From assembly GCA_965226095.1 (NCBI GenBank), contig OZ245336.1, positions 690,467-754,466 on the forward strand: a DNA stretch of 64,000 bases, given 5' to 3'. The DNA is from Bdellovibrionales bacterium. GTDB lineage: Bacteria > Bdellovibrionota > Bdellovibrionia > Bdellovibrionales > UBA1609. Under the pieces are notes generated by a model. It saw nothing but the letters and a program-made list of their open reading frames with translations. It had not been told where the DNA came from and made no database searches. Of the stretch, positions 1 through 9,959 are shown piece by piece. The position numbers were made by a program, and so were the translations under genes. The stretch's first letter is position 1. Every line of letters starts with the position of its first letter.

Positions 1-346
1 TTTATTTGTTGGTTGTTCATAATATTCCTTTAATTATTTGAAAGTGCTTTTTCCATAAGTTATCTATTTTAAAATTCATTGAATGTAAATATTTTTTATA
101 TGCTATGTATTTTTAAATTAAAAATCTTGACAAGGTTTTTGATGCTTACATTTTGTCGTGTTTACTGTTTTTACATCTATCAAACGTTTTTTGCAGTTTA
201 AAGCTTAAACAGAGAGTGTATGAGGTCATAGAGTAGCTTTAAAACGAAGCTATGAAAAGGTTCCATCCTTATAAAAATGTCCTGTTAAAAACCCATGTTA
301 TATTGTTTTTGTTTAAAAGTAATTATCAATATAGGAGGCATTTTTC

Positions 347-1564
347 ATGTACATACAACAAGAAAAACAAAATAAGCAAGCTGGCTGGGTTCCTGCGTTC
401 GCAGGACTGAAAGCTCTTAGAGAGCTTTCAGTTAAAACAACAACAACAAATGTAAAAAAACTTAGTAATGCTCAATTACTTTCACAGACAAAAAACCTGG
501 TGCAAAAAGAAAGACAAGTTAATGTTTTAGTGCTTCAACATTTGCAGGAAATAGAAAGCAGAAAACTCTATTTGAAAAGAGGATTTCCCAGCCTTTTTGA
601 ATATGCCATTAAAGAACTTGGATATAGTCACAGTGCTGCCTATAGAAGGATTAAAGCCATGAGACTATGTCGCGATATACCGCAAGCCACATCAAAAATA
701 AAAACAGGTAATTTGAATTTGACAACAGCTTCACAATTACAAACCTTTTTTGAGAAGAAAAAAAGAAAAGATAAAAAACAAATGTTAAATAAAGCAAATA
801 CGCTTAAAACAAACAATACAGAAAGGTGTAATGTACAGTCTACTTACCTGCCGGCAGCTGGGTGCGTTAATGACAATGCAGATAAAGATGAGAAAAAAGA
901 GAACAAGCTAGAAAACAAAAAATCAGTTGAGTTAGATTCTACTCAAAAATTGAGATTAATAAAGAAAGCAGAAAATCAGTCCAGTCGTGAGTTGGAAAAG
1001 ACACTTTTTGATATAGACCCTGAAGTTTGTAATGAGAAAGAAAAAATTAGAAACATAAATAATAACAAAGTGGAAATTAAAGTCATTTTAGACAAAGACT
1101 CACAGCAAAAATTGGAGGATTTAAAAAAGCTCTTATCCCACAAGAATCCAAATATGTCTTATGGAGAACTTTTTTCTCTGTTAGCAGAATTAGGTTTAAA
1201 CAAATACGATCCCAAAAGAAAAATAAACAAACAAAATAAAACTATATCTAAAAAGCCAATTCCTGCACAATCAAAGAAAACCTCAGCACCAAAAGATAAT
1301 CAAAAATTGAACAGTAATCGCAGATATTCGAAAGCTACAAGATATATTCCCTCAGTGGTGAGACATCATGTATGGATGAGGGATCAGGGACAGTGTACTT
1401 ATATGTGTCCAAAGACAAAAAGAAGATGTTCATCAAACCATTTATTACAAATAGATCATATTAAGCCCTTTTCATCTGGTGGTGTGAACGAGCCTAATAA
1501 CTTAAGATTGCTTTGTGCGAATCATAATCAATTTACTTTTACTAGATATCAAAAGCGTCTTTAG
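347..1564 (+). CDS. HNH endonuclease with DUF222-like N-terminal region
   Basis: 405-aa ORF with a GGAGG RBS (ataggaggc) about 8 nt upstream of the ATG. C-terminal HNH motif HLLQIDHIKPFSSGGVNEPNNLRLLCANHNQ. The N-terminal segment LFEYAIKELGYSHSAAYRRIKAMRL resembles DUF222/13E12-type HNH proteins. Lys-rich low-complexity middle. Confidence 0.8.
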   Translation: MYIQQEKQNKQAGWVPAFAGLKALRELSVKTTTTNVKKLSNAQLLSQTKNLVQKERQVNVLVLQHLQEIESRKLYLKRGFPSLFEYAIKELGYSHSAAYRRIKAMRLCRDIPQATSKIKTGNLNLTTASQLQTFFEKKKRKDKKQMLNKANTLKTNNTERCNVQSTYLPAAGCVNDNADKDEKKENKLENKKSVELDSTQKLRLIKKAENQSSRELEKTLFDIDPEVCNEKEKIRNINNNKVEIKVILDKDSQQKLEDLKKLLSHKNPNMSYGELFSLLAELGLNKYDPKRKINKQNKTISKKPIPAQSKKTSAPKDNQKLNSNRRYSKATRYIPSVVRHHVWMRDQGQCTYMCPKTKRRCSSNHLLQIDHIKPFSSGGVNEPNNLRLLCANHNQFTFTRYQKRL

Positions 1565-1770
1565 AGATAGGGTGGTTTCCTGTTTTACTTTGTCAGCGAA
1601 TTATTTGTAGTGTCTCACGAAAACAGGCATTATTTCTCTTTTTTCTTCTGTTTGAACTATTTCCAAAATAGAAACAGTTACTTTTTGAGTTGTTGCAATT
1701 TTTGCAACAATTGAATCTGACTGTAGTTCATTAAATTTTTGATAAATTTACACTTTCATCAAAATGGAAT

Positions 1771-2115
1771 TTACTTTTGCCCCTTAAGCTTGGAATGTGA
1801 TTCTCTTTTTAAAAGTACAATATAATTGGATTTTATTTCTTTATGGAAGCTTTCGGGTAATTCGGCCCAATCTCTTGCTTCCACTAAAAAAGGAATATTG
1901 GATTCTGTAAAAGCTTCTTTAAGTTCAGACAAGTGGGAAGTTTGAATCCTCTTTAAATCAGGTGCACGCAATACCAAATCTAAGTCGCTGGCTGAATGGC
2001 TTTTTCCATTTACACGGCTTCCGTAAGCCCACACTTCCACGTCAGGTAAGTGCTTTCTTAGAATAGTATCTATTTGTTTTTTGTGTCTTGATAATAAATG
2101 TATCTTTCTATTCAT
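1771..2115 (-). CDS. MNT-type nucleotidyltransferase (antitoxin-like partner of HepT)
   Basis: 114-aa ORF with the minimal nucleotidyltransferase motif YGSRVNGKSHSASDLDLVL (GSx..SDxD). It overlaps the upstream HepT-like ORF by 8 nt (2108-2115), which implies co-translation. Confidence 0.8.
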   Translation of the reverse strand: MNRKIHLLSRHKKQIDTILRKHLPDVEVWAYGSRVNGKSHSASDLDLVLRAPDLKRIQTSHLSELKEAFTESNIPFLVEARDWAELPESFHKEIKSNYIVLLKRESHSKLKGQK

Positions 2116-2551
2116 TGTCTTTGTTATTTTGAAGGATTCTTAACACTTCTTTTGCATCTTTGATAAAATCGGGGAGCAGTTTTAAAGTTTGTTCGGCAAA
2201 ACCTTCACCATAGTCGTGAGCAGTGTTATTGCGATTATCTCTATAGTTAAACCATCGCTCACTACTCTTCATACTGATTAAACTGTGCTTGGCAGCATGG
2301 CGAAAAGCATCTTTAAAAGTTAGTTCATCAACAGCTTTGTGTGAAGCAAAAAAATCACGCAGACGCTTCTTTAACAGTTTTCCACATTGCTCAAGGATAA
2401 TTTCAAATTCTTTTACACAAGCAGAACGATAAATATCATAACGAATACTTTTAGGTTGATATTTTTGCATTTGTTTATAACTATTTTCCAATACTTCAAT
2501 ACAATGGCTCAAATAGTCTATATTAATTTGTTTATTTTCTTTATTACTCAT
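2108..2551 (-). CDS. HI0074/HepT-like nucleotidyltransferase substrate-binding protein (HEPN toxin-like)
   Basis: 147-aa helical ORF carrying the HEPN Rx4HxY motif in RNNTAHDY. It pairs with and overlaps the MNT gene. Confidence 0.75.
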   Translation of the reverse strand: MSNKENKQINIDYLSHCIEVLENSYKQMQKYQPKSIRYDIYRSACVKEFEIILEQCGKLLKKRLRDFFASHKAVDELTFKDAFRHAAKHSLISMKSSERWFNYRDNRNNTAHDYGEGFAEQTLKLLPDFIKDAKEVLRILQNNKDNE

Positions 2552-2801
2552 AAGCTATCTCTTTATTAACAGATAGGCATATTTTTTCAAGTATAGCCTG
2601 CTTCAAAATAGACATCTCCTGTGGGTTTTTGTTCTTTTGAGGTTAAATCATATATAATAACAGGGTGGTATATTTCACAACTGAGTAAAACACCCTTATT
2701 TTGAAGGTCAATACATTCAATGTGTATATATTTTATATTGATTTTTTGTGGAAAACTGTGATAGCCCTTTATTTTAGGCAAACAACTGACAAAGGATAAA
2801 A

Positions 2802-3716
2802 ATGACAGATAAAAATACGGATAATTCACTAAATATTAGAAATATGCTGGTGGCCGGTGTGCATTTTGGCCATCAAATTCAACGATGGAATCCCAAGATG
2901 AAGCCTTATGTTTATACGGCTCATGGAGGTATTCACATTATCAATCTGCAAAAAACTTTGGAGTGCGCTAAAAAAGCTTTGGAGTTTACGGAGGAAGTGA
3001 CTGCTCAGGGAGGTCGTTTTATTTTTGTTGGAACGAAAAAACAAGCAGTTCATCTAATTAAAGAGGCGGCACAGGAAGTTGGTCAGTTCTTTGTGTGTAA
3101 AAGGTGGTTAGGTGGTACGCTCACTAATTTTCAGACGATTAAAGTGAGTATCGATAGAATGAAAAAAGTGGATCAAATGAAAGAGAGAGGTGATTTGGAT
3201 CATTATTCCAAAAAAGAAAAAATTCAGTTGGAGAAAGAATATGAACGCTTGAATCAATACCTGGAAGGTATTAGAGAAATGAAGCAATTACCGGCGGCTT
3301 TATTTGTAGTGGATATCAATAAAGAACATATTGCTGTGGCAGAAGCTCGTCGTTTGGGTATTCCTGTGGTGGCTTTAGTGGATACCAATTGTGATCCAAA
3401 GCAGGTGGACTATCCAGTTCCAGGTAATGATGATGCTACTCGTTCCATTGAATTTTTTGTCAACCTTATAACAGAGGCTTGTAAAAAAGGTCAGAAAAAA
3501 TGGACAGAAAAAATTAGAACACAAGAACATATTGCTGAAAAAGAGGCTCAGGGAGAAGGCGCTTTCAAAGGAAAATTCGGAAAAAAATCCAGTGTTAACA
3601 CTGAAGGACCCACTGTTGTGAAAGTGTTTAAAGGGGTTCGGGAAAGAAAACTGGTGGCGGCAGGTACAGCGGATGATGTGGAAATCTCCATGGAGCTGGA
3701 TAATAAAGATGATTGA
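2802..3716 (+). CDS. rpsB: 30S ribosomal protein S2
   Basis: N-terminus LVAGVHFGHQIQRWNPKMKPY and overall S2 similarity. 304 aa with a Lys/Glu-rich C-terminal extension. Followed by tsf as in the conserved operon. Confidence 0.97.
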   Translation: MTDKNTDNSLNIRNMLVAGVHFGHQIQRWNPKMKPYVYTAHGGIHIINLQKTLECAKKALEFTEEVTAQGGRFIFVGTKKQAVHLIKEAAQEVGQFFVCKRWLGGTLTNFQTIKVSIDRMKKVDQMKERGDLDHYSKKEKIQLEKEYERLNQYLEGIREMKQLPAALFVVDINKEHIAVAEARRLGIPVVALVDTNCDPKQVDYPVPGNDDATRSIEFFVNLITEACKKGQKKWTEKIRTQEHIAEKEAQGEGAFKGKFGKKSSVNTEGPTVVKVFKGVRERKLVAAGTADDVEISMELDNKDD

Positions 3717-4383
3717 TGCTATTAAAAGCTTAAGGGCTAATACAGGAGCTGGCATTTTAGATTGTAAAAAAGCTTTAGAGGAATCCGGACAGGATATGCA
3801 AAAAGCTATAGAGTGGCTTAAAAAACGTGGCTTAGCTAAGGCCGCTAAAAAAGCTTTAAGAGAAGCCAGACAGGGAATCATTTCCTCTTATCTACATGGA
3901 GACGACGGACGTATTGGTGTGTTAGTGGAAGTTAACACAGAAACTGATTTTGCCGCTCGCAGTTCACAGTTTAAAGATTTTGTACATCAGCTTTGCTTAC
4001 ATATTGTAGCGATGCACCCTCTGTTTATCAGTGAAGAGGATATTCCGGAATCTTTGCAGGAAAAAGAAAAAGCAGTTTTTCTGGAACAGGGAAAAAGAGA
4101 AGGAAAAAAATCAGCTGTATTGGATAAAGTTGTGCAGGGGCGCATAGCAAAATGGGCAACAGAGATCTGCTTATTAAAACAGATTTTTTTGGCCAGTACA
4201 CAAAGTGAAAAACCCATAACAGTGGAGTCAGCTCTTCAGGAGTTGGTTGCTGAGCTGGGGGAAAATGTGATCATTCGCCGCTTTGTTCGTTTTGAATTGG
4301 GAGAGCAAAGTCAGGAAGAATCCTCTGTTGCCAATGGAGCTGATTCCGATCAGGAGTCTTCGGCTCGGGAGTCTTCGGCTTGA
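3709..4383 (+). CDS. tsf: Elongation factor Ts (short form)
   Basis: UBA-like N-terminus [42 protein letters not shown] chose the ATG at 3709, which overlaps the rpsB stop (ATGATTGA), over the track start at 3673. Acidic Ser-rich tail. Confidence 0.92.
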   Translation: MIDAIKSLRANTGAGILDCKKALEESGQDMQKAIEWLKKRGLAKAAKKALREARQGIISSYLHGDDGRIGVLVEVNTETDFAARSSQFKDFVHQLCLHIVAMHPLFISEEDIPESLQEKEKAVFLEQGKREGKKSAVLDKVVQGRIAKWATEICLLKQIFLASTQSEKPITVESALQELVAELGENVIIRRFVRFELGEQSQEESSVANGADSDQESSARESSA

Positions 4384-5093
4384 GCCGGTTAAAGTATAAA
4401 CGTATTTTATTAAAAATTAGTGGTGAAGTTCTATGTGGAGAACAGAGTTTTGGTATTAACTCTCAAATGATCTCCCGTATAGCGGACGAATTAACTCAAG
4501 TGCATGAGCTACAAGTACAGATGGCCCTGGTGGTGGGTGGTGGAAATATTTTTCGTGGAGGCGATGATCAGGCACAGGGAATTGATCGGGCAACCGGAGA
4601 TTATATGGGTATGTTAGCCACATGTATCAATGCTTTGGCTTTGCAATCGGCTTTGGAAAATAAAGGAGTGGCCACACGGGTACAGACAGCTTTGCGTATT
4701 TCTGAAGTAGCGGAATCTTATATTCGCCGTAAAGCTCTCAGACATTTGGATAAAAATCGAATTGTGATTTTTGCCGCCGGTACAGGGAGTCCTTACTTTA
4801 CCACAGACACAGCGGCTGCTTTAAGAGCTATGGAAATGGAAGTGGATGTTTTGCTGAAAGCTACTAAAGTGGACGGCATCTATGAACAGGATCCTGAAAA
4901 AAACACAAACTGTAAAAAGTATACAGAGCTAAAGTATATAGATGTTCTCAATAAAGGTTTAAAAATTATGGATTCAGCAGCAGTGAGTTTATGCATGGAT
5001 CATCAAATGCCGGTGATTGCTTTTAATGTAAAGCAAAGAGGAAATATCTTAAAAATTGTGCAAGGGGAAATATTAGGAACTTTAATTCATTAA
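4380..5093 (+). CDS. pyrH: UMP kinase
   Basis: [21 protein letters not shown] and [11 protein letters not shown] motifs. The TTG start overlaps the tsf stop (TTGA), with GGGAG 8 nt upstream. Confidence 0.95.
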   Translation: MSRLKYKRILLKISGEVLCGEQSFGINSQMISRIADELTQVHELQVQMALVVGGGNIFRGGDDQAQGIDRATGDYMGMLATCINALALQSALENKGVATRVQTALRISEVAESYIRRKALRHLDKNRIVIFAAGTGSPYFTTDTAAALRAMEMEVDVLLKATKVDGIYEQDPEKNTNCKKYTELKYIDVLNKGLKIMDSAAVSLCMDHQMPVIAFNVKQRGNILKIVQGEILGTLIH

Positions 5094-5135
5094 TTTTTTA
5101 CTTTTATATATATCCAAAAAGGAGGAATGAGAGTT

Positions 5136-5699
5136 ATGGTATTTTTTGAAGAGATGAAACAGGAAGCACAAGACAGAATGCAAAAGGCTTTTCATTATAT
5201 TCAGGATAAATTAAAAAAAATGCGTACAGGTTCTGCCCAGGCTTCTTTATTGGAAGGAGTAAAAGTTTCCTGCTATGGCGGTGAGCAGGATTTAAAACAT
5301 GTTGCCAATATTTCCTGTCCTGATGCTCGTTCTTTGTTGATTTCCCCATGGGATCAAAGCACTGTAAAAGATATTGAAGCCGCCTTGGTAAAAAGTGATC
5401 TGGGAATGGCTCCTCAGGTGGATGGTCGGGTGATTCGTTTAAAAGTGCCGGAACTGACAGAAGAAAGTCGTAAAGAGTTGATCAAAATATTTAAAAAAGA
5501 TGTGGAAGCCTCTCGTGTGGAATTTCGACAAATTCGTAAAGCAATGAATGATAAAATAAAAAAAGCTTTTAAAGATAAACAAATTAGTGAAGATGAATCT
5601 AAAAACTATGAGGATGAAGTCCAGAAGATAACCGATGAATATATTAAAAAAGTTAATGAGCTTTCAGAAAAAAAACAACAAGAGCTCATGCGAGTTTAA
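5136..5699 (+). CDS. frr: Ribosome recycling factor
   Basis: KMRTGSAQASLLEGVKV... and full-length RRF similarity. The ATG at 5136 lies 10 nt after GGAGG (5121-5125). The track start at 5127 is only 1 nt after that RBS. Confidence 0.94.
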   Translation: MVFFEEMKQEAQDRMQKAFHYIQDKLKKMRTGSAQASLLEGVKVSCYGGEQDLKHVANISCPDARSLLISPWDQSTVKDIEAALVKSDLGMAPQVDGRVIRLKVPELTEESRKELIKIFKKDVEASRVEFRQIRKAMNDKIKKAFKDKQISEDESKNYEDEVQKITDEYIKKVNELSEKKQQELMRV

Positions 5700-6411
5700 T
5701 CTGCCTTCCGGATTTCAGCATCTGGCAATTATTATGGATGGCAACGGCAGATGGGCAGAGCAAAGAGGCTGGCCTCGTCACTTCGGTCATATTCGAGGGG
5801 TGAAATCCTTACACAGCATGATCGATATGTGTTCCATTCTAAAGATTCCTTATTTAAGTGTGTTTGCTTTTAGCACAGAAAACTGGAAACGTTCTTCCGA
5901 GGAAGTGTCAGTGATCATGAAGTTAATGAAACGCTCTTTAAACAAATACAAAAATTCTCTTCACGAAAGGAATATTCGTCTATCGGTGTTGGGATCCTTG
6001 GAGGAATTGGATAAAAATGTGCAAAATCTTTTTCGTGAAGTTGTAGAATACACAAAAAACAACACAGGCTTAAGGTTGATTGTGGCGGTCAACTATGGAG
6101 GACGGAGAGAAATTGTTGAAGCAGTTAAGATATTGGCGAAAAAACTGCAGGAAGGTTCTGTTGGCATAGAAGAAATTAATGAAGATTCTTTATCGGAACA
6201 TCTGGCTTCTTCCAGTTTTCCACCACCTGATCTGATTATTCGTACAGGGAATGTAAGTCGTTTATCCAATTTTTATTTATGGCATTCAGCATATTCAGAA
6301 CTATATGTGAGTCCTTTGTTATGGCCAGAGTTTAACAATAAAGAACTCATAAAAGCTTTAACATTTTATGCTAAAACCCAGCGTCGTTTTGGAGCCACTC
6401 CAAAAACATAG
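5635..6411 (+). CDS. uppS: Undecaprenyl-diphosphate synthase (di-trans,poly-cis-decaprenylcistransferase)
   Basis: HLAIIMDGNGRWA, FAFSTENWKR and IIRTGNVSRLSNFYLWHSAYSELY motifs. The start is uncertain (ATG at 5635 or 5656). Either start overlaps the end of frr. Confidence 0.9.
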   Translation: MNILKKLMSFQKKNNKSSCEFNLPSGFQHLAIIMDGNGRWAEQRGWPRHFGHIRGVKSLHSMIDMCSILKIPYLSVFAFSTENWKRSSEEVSVIMKLMKRSLNKYKNSLHERNIRLSVLGSLEELDKNVQNLFREVVEYTKNNTGLRLIVAVNYGGRREIVEAVKILAKKLQEGSVGIEEINEDSLSEHLASSSFPPPDLIIRTGNVSRLSNFYLWHSAYSELYVSPLLWPEFNNKELIKALTFYAKTQRRFGATPKT

Positions 6412-6471
6412 TAGTTTTTCTTCTTTAGAAGGCTTGTGTTTTATAAAAATTCTGGTTATCCTTAAAAACAC

Positions 6472-8145
6472 ATGGAATTTATTATAGGTAGTTTTCTTTT
6501 CTTATGGGGTATTGTGAGTTCTCTCTTTCCCTTTGTGATTCTTCTAAGCTTGTTGATCTTTATTCATGAATGGGGTCATTTTATTGTGGCTCGTCTCTGT
6601 GGAGTGCGGGTGGAAGTGTTTAGTCTGGGTTTTGGGAAAAAACTTCTGAAAAAAAAGTGGGGAGATACCACGTACTGCCTGAGTCTTGTTCCTCTGGGTG
6701 GATATGTGAAAATGTTTGGCGATCAATATGGTAAAGAGGTGCCGGAAAAAGATAAAGATGTAGCTTTTTTAAATAAAAAATTGTGGCAAAGAACAGCTGT
6801 CGTGTTGGCAGGGCCATTGATGAATCTTGTATTGGCTGTTTTTATTCTGGCTGGCTTGGCTATATATGGGAACAAACGGGTGCATCCAGTGGTGGGTGAA
6901 GTTGCTCCCTCTTCTTTAGCGGAACAAGTTGGGTTTAAAGCAGGAGATCATATTATTTCCGTAAATGATCAAGCTATTAAAAGCTTGGGAGAATTTAACA
7001 AAGTTGTATTCGATAACCCTGAACAGTTATTAAGTATAAAAGTGAAGGGTGCAGAGGATCTGGATAAAATGATCACTGTTAAGCCCATCGAACAGGAAAC
7101 TAGCAATAGAATGGGTTTGTTGGAAAAAGGTGGGGTGATCGAAGGCTTAAGTTATATGGTTCCCATGGCAGTGGTGGGAGTCAGTGATCCTTCCAGTCCG
7201 GCCGGAAAAGCAGGTGTGAAAACTTTTGATCAAATTGTGTCAGTGGATAATATAACTGTTAATAGCTGGGATGATTTATCATCTGTACTCTTGGAAAAAT
7301 TTACATCTTCAAAAAAATATTGGAATCTTCAGGTAAAAAGTAAAAAACAGAAAACAGCAAAAGAAGTTCATATTCAAAAACCAAAAAATTTAACTTCTGA
7401 GTTAACAGCATTGGGTTTACATTTGCCGGATTTATTTATTTCTGACTTAAAGAAAAATAGCCCAGCGGACAGAGCAGGGTTGAAACATGGTGATTTGATT
7501 GCGGCCATTAATGGGGAGTCCATTGCTGATTGGAATCTTTTGATGGAAACAACCGGTGGTTTTACAGAGGAGAAGCAATCTCTTTATTTGAGTATAAAAA
7601 GAGATGGAGAAGTACAAAATATTTCTGTTACTCCGGAAAAACATATTCGTATTGTGGATGGAAAAGAAGATGTTAGGTATATGTTGGGTGTAGTGTCTGG
7701 TCATCATCATGGTCCAGCCGGTGGCACTTATATTCATAAAGAAAGTGTCTTTACAGCTGGTTGGGTTGGTTTAAAAAAATCATTAGAATGGTGCGCTATG
7801 ACTGGATTGTACATTAAAAATCTTTTGACCGGCCAAATATCCAGAAGAACTTTGGGAGGGGCCATCGCCATTGGTCGTGTGGCCTATGATACTTATTCTT
7901 ATGGCTTAATTTATTTTTTTAATATTATGGCCATATTATCCATCCAGTTATTTTTAATTAATTTACTTCCTGTTCCTGTTCTGGATGGAGGACATTTACT
8001 ATTCTACCTTTGTGAACTGTTTAATGGTGGTCCACTGAGTTTGAAAAAAATTATGGTGGCTCAGCAAATTGGCCTCGTGTTAATTTTGTTTTTGGTCATT
8101 TTTACTACTTTTAACGATTTGGATAATTGGTTTAATTTGTGGTGA
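6472..8145 (+). CDS. rseP: RIP metalloprotease RseP (site-2 protease)
   Basis: N-terminal TM helix with HEWGHFIVAR (HExxH), PDZ-like central segments, and the C-terminal NLLPVPVLDGGH motif. Confidence 0.9.
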   Translation: MEFIIGSFLFLWGIVSSLFPFVILLSLLIFIHEWGHFIVARLCGVRVEVFSLGFGKKLLKKKWGDTTYCLSLVPLGGYVKMFGDQYGKEVPEKDKDVAFLNKKLWQRTAVVLAGPLMNLVLAVFILAGLAIYGNKRVHPVVGEVAPSSLAEQVGFKAGDHIISVNDQAIKSLGEFNKVVFDNPEQLLSIKVKGAEDLDKMITVKPIEQETSNRMGLLEKGGVIEGLSYMVPMAVVGVSDPSSPAGKAGVKTFDQIVSVDNITVNSWDDLSSVLLEKFTSSKKYWNLQVKSKKQKTAKEVHIQKPKNLTSELTALGLHLPDLFISDLKKNSPADRAGLKHGDLIAAINGESIADWNLLMETTGGFTEEKQSLYLSIKRDGEVQNISVTPEKHIRIVDGKEDVRYMLGVVSGHHHGPAGGTYIHKESVFTAGWVGLKKSLEWCAMTGLYIKNLLTGQISRRTLGGAIAIGRVAYDTYSYGLIYFFNIMAILSIQLFLINLLPVPVLDGGHLLFYLCELFNGGPLSLKKIMVAQQIGLVLILFLVIFTTFNDLDNWFNLW

Positions 8146-8897
8146 GTAAGTTGTTAGGTATCCTGTTGGAAACCAGCAGTTCCAATGGTTCTTTGGCTCT
8201 ATGTATTGTTTCCGATGAAAAAAATATCGAAAAAAAATGTCAACTTATAGAGCATCACCATTGGAGTGGTCCAACTCACAGTTCTTATATCACACAAAAT
8301 TTTGAAAAAATTCTGCAAACATTACAGAATCCTTCTTTATTGAAACAAAAGCTTGGGTTTGATTTCACACAGGAATGTGCAAAAATATCTTTTGTGGCAT
8401 TAGGAGTGGGGCCAGGTCGTTTTACAGGAGTACGGGTGGGAGTCAGTTTTGCAAAAACACTGGCTTTTTCATATAACATTCCGGTTTATTCAGTTTCTTC
8501 TTTAAAAATTTTGGCAGAAGATCAAATCAATCAAAGTAAACCGGTATTGGTTTTGGTTAACGCTTTTAAAAATAGTATGTATGCAGCTATTTATCAAAAA
8601 CAAAAGGATCAAGTTAAAGAACTTCTTGGTCCTTGCGTGATTCAACCTGGTGATTTACATTCTTATGTTCAGCAGGAGTGTCTCTGTGTAGGTGATGGGT
8701 ATGAAGTGTATAAGGAGTTTTTTTCAAAAGAATTAAATCACAAACTCTCTATATGTTCGGACAGCTTGTACCCTGATGTGAAGGGCTTGGCTCATATTGT
8801 AAGTAGAGATTTTCAAATAAATAAGTGTTTGGATTGGAAGCAAGTACAGCCAGTGTATTTAAGATCACCGGTGGAGGTTTTAAAATCGAATGTTTGA
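8139..8897 (+). CDS. tsaB: tRNA t6A37 biosynthesis protein TsaB
   Basis: ALGVGPGRFTGVRVGVSFAKTLA motif of the TsaB/YeaZ family. The GTG start overlaps the rseP stop, and a start a few codons downstream is possible. Confidence 0.8.
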   Translation: MVSKLLGILLETSSSNGSLALCIVSDEKNIEKKCQLIEHHHWSGPTHSSYITQNFEKILQTLQNPSLLKQKLGFDFTQECAKISFVALGVGPGRFTGVRVGVSFAKTLAFSYNIPVYSVSSLKILAEDQINQSKPVLVLVNAFKNSMYAAIYQKQKDQVKELLGPCVIQPGDLHSYVQQECLCVGDGYEVYKEFFSKELNHKLSICSDSLYPDVKGLAHIVSRDFQINKCLDWKQVQPVYLRSPVEVLKSNV

Positions 8898-9921
8898 TAG
8901 AGATGAATTCAAAAATATGTCAGTAAAAAAAATTATTGTTTCAGAGGATCAGGCAGGTTGGAGATTGGATTCTTTTTTATCTCTTTATGTATCCAGTCGT
9001 TCTCAGGCGGAAAAACTCATTAAACAATCTTTTGTTAAAAAAACATCCGGTGAAGTCATTTTGAAATCTTCTTATAAAGTAGTTTCAAAAGAAAGTTTTT
9101 TAGTTACTATGCCTGTAAAAGAAGACAATAATGAATTAAAATCTTATGATCTATCTGTTCCAGTTGTGTTTGAAGATTCTCATCTTCTGATTGTCAACAA
9201 ACCCGCCGGCCTGGTGACACATCCAGGTCCTGGTCACTCACAAGATACTTTAGTTAATACGTTCATTGGAAAAACCAAACTTTCTTCAGGAGTGGATCCC
9301 CTGCGTCCGGGAATTGTACATCGTTTGGATAAAGATGTGAGTGGTTTAATGATTTTAAGTAAGACAGATGAGGTACAGCAAAAATTAATTCAACTCTTTA
9401 AAGAAAAAAAGATCCGAAGATTTTACAAAGCTTTGGTCACAGGTGTGTTCAAGCAAAAAGAGGGTAAAATTGTTAGCTATATTGGCCGACACCCCAAAGA
9501 CAGAAAAAAGTTTTATTCTTTTAATAAAGAGGTTGATGATAACTGTGAATTGCAAAACAGTTCTGCAAAAAGAGCAATCACTTTTTATAAGGTCATGGAA
9601 TCCTTTGAAGATAAAATTCATCTTGTGGAATGTCAGTTGGAAACAGGTAGAACTCATCAGATTCGTGTACATTTATTCAGCTTGGGACACATTATTTTAG
9701 GAGATCCAATCTATCGTTTGCGAAGCCAAAAATCCAATGATCTATTGATTCCTGCAAAAATAAGGCCTTTTGTAAAACAGTTAAATCGTCTGGCTTTGTA
9801 CTCTGCTGTTTTGCAGTTTTCTCATCCGATTACAGGAAAGACTATGCATTTTGCTTTGGACTGGCCTAAAGATTTACATTCTGTCTTAAATCATTTGGGC
9901 TTTGGAAGAAATCAAAAATAA
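8890..9921 (+). CDS. rluD: RluA-family 23S rRNA pseudouridine synthase (RluD-like)
   Basis: S4-like N-terminus (WRLDSFL), catalytic HRLDKDVSGLMIL, and ETGRTHQIRVH motif. Confidence 0.88.
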   Translation: MFDRDEFKNMSVKKIIVSEDQAGWRLDSFLSLYVSSRSQAEKLIKQSFVKKTSGEVILKSSYKVVSKESFLVTMPVKEDNNELKSYDLSVPVVFEDSHLLIVNKPAGLVTHPGPGHSQDTLVNTFIGKTKLSSGVDPLRPGIVHRLDKDVSGLMILSKTDEVQQKLIQLFKEKKIRRFYKALVTGVFKQKEGKIVSYIGRHPKDRKKFYSFNKEVDDNCELQNSSAKRAITFYKVMESFEDKIHLVECQLETGRTHQIRVHLFSLGHIILGDPIYRLRSQKSNDLLIPAKIRPFVKQLNRLALYSAVLQFSHPITGKTMHFALDWPKDLHSVLNHLGFGRNQK

Positions 9922-9959
9922 ATTTTATTTTTACCAGCGTTTTTCCGAATATCATTGTT

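Noticed and set aside
1-20. The reverse complement of 1-20 reads ATGAACAACCAACAAATAAA, preceded by an AAAGGAA-like RBS. This is a possible start of a leftward gene running off the window.
   Set aside because: Only six codons are visible, so it cannot be supported as a feature.
127-155. TTGACA at 127-132 as a -35 box upstream of the HNH gene.
   Set aside because: No acceptable -10 hexamer lies at 16-18 bp spacing (ATTTTG / CATTTT). In AT-rich DNA such hexamers occur by chance.
2587-2829. 80-aa - strand ORF in the HepT/rpsB gap, overlapping the rpsB start.
   Set aside because: No RBS, odd composition, and it overlaps a certain gene start, so it is probably spurious. The GGGTG...CACCC+TTATTTT hairpin in the same gap (about 2664-2701) was also too weak to call.
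3375-3881. 168-aa ORF antisense to rpsB/tsf.
   Set aside because: It lies entirely antisense to two highly conserved genes. This is a typical shadow ORF.
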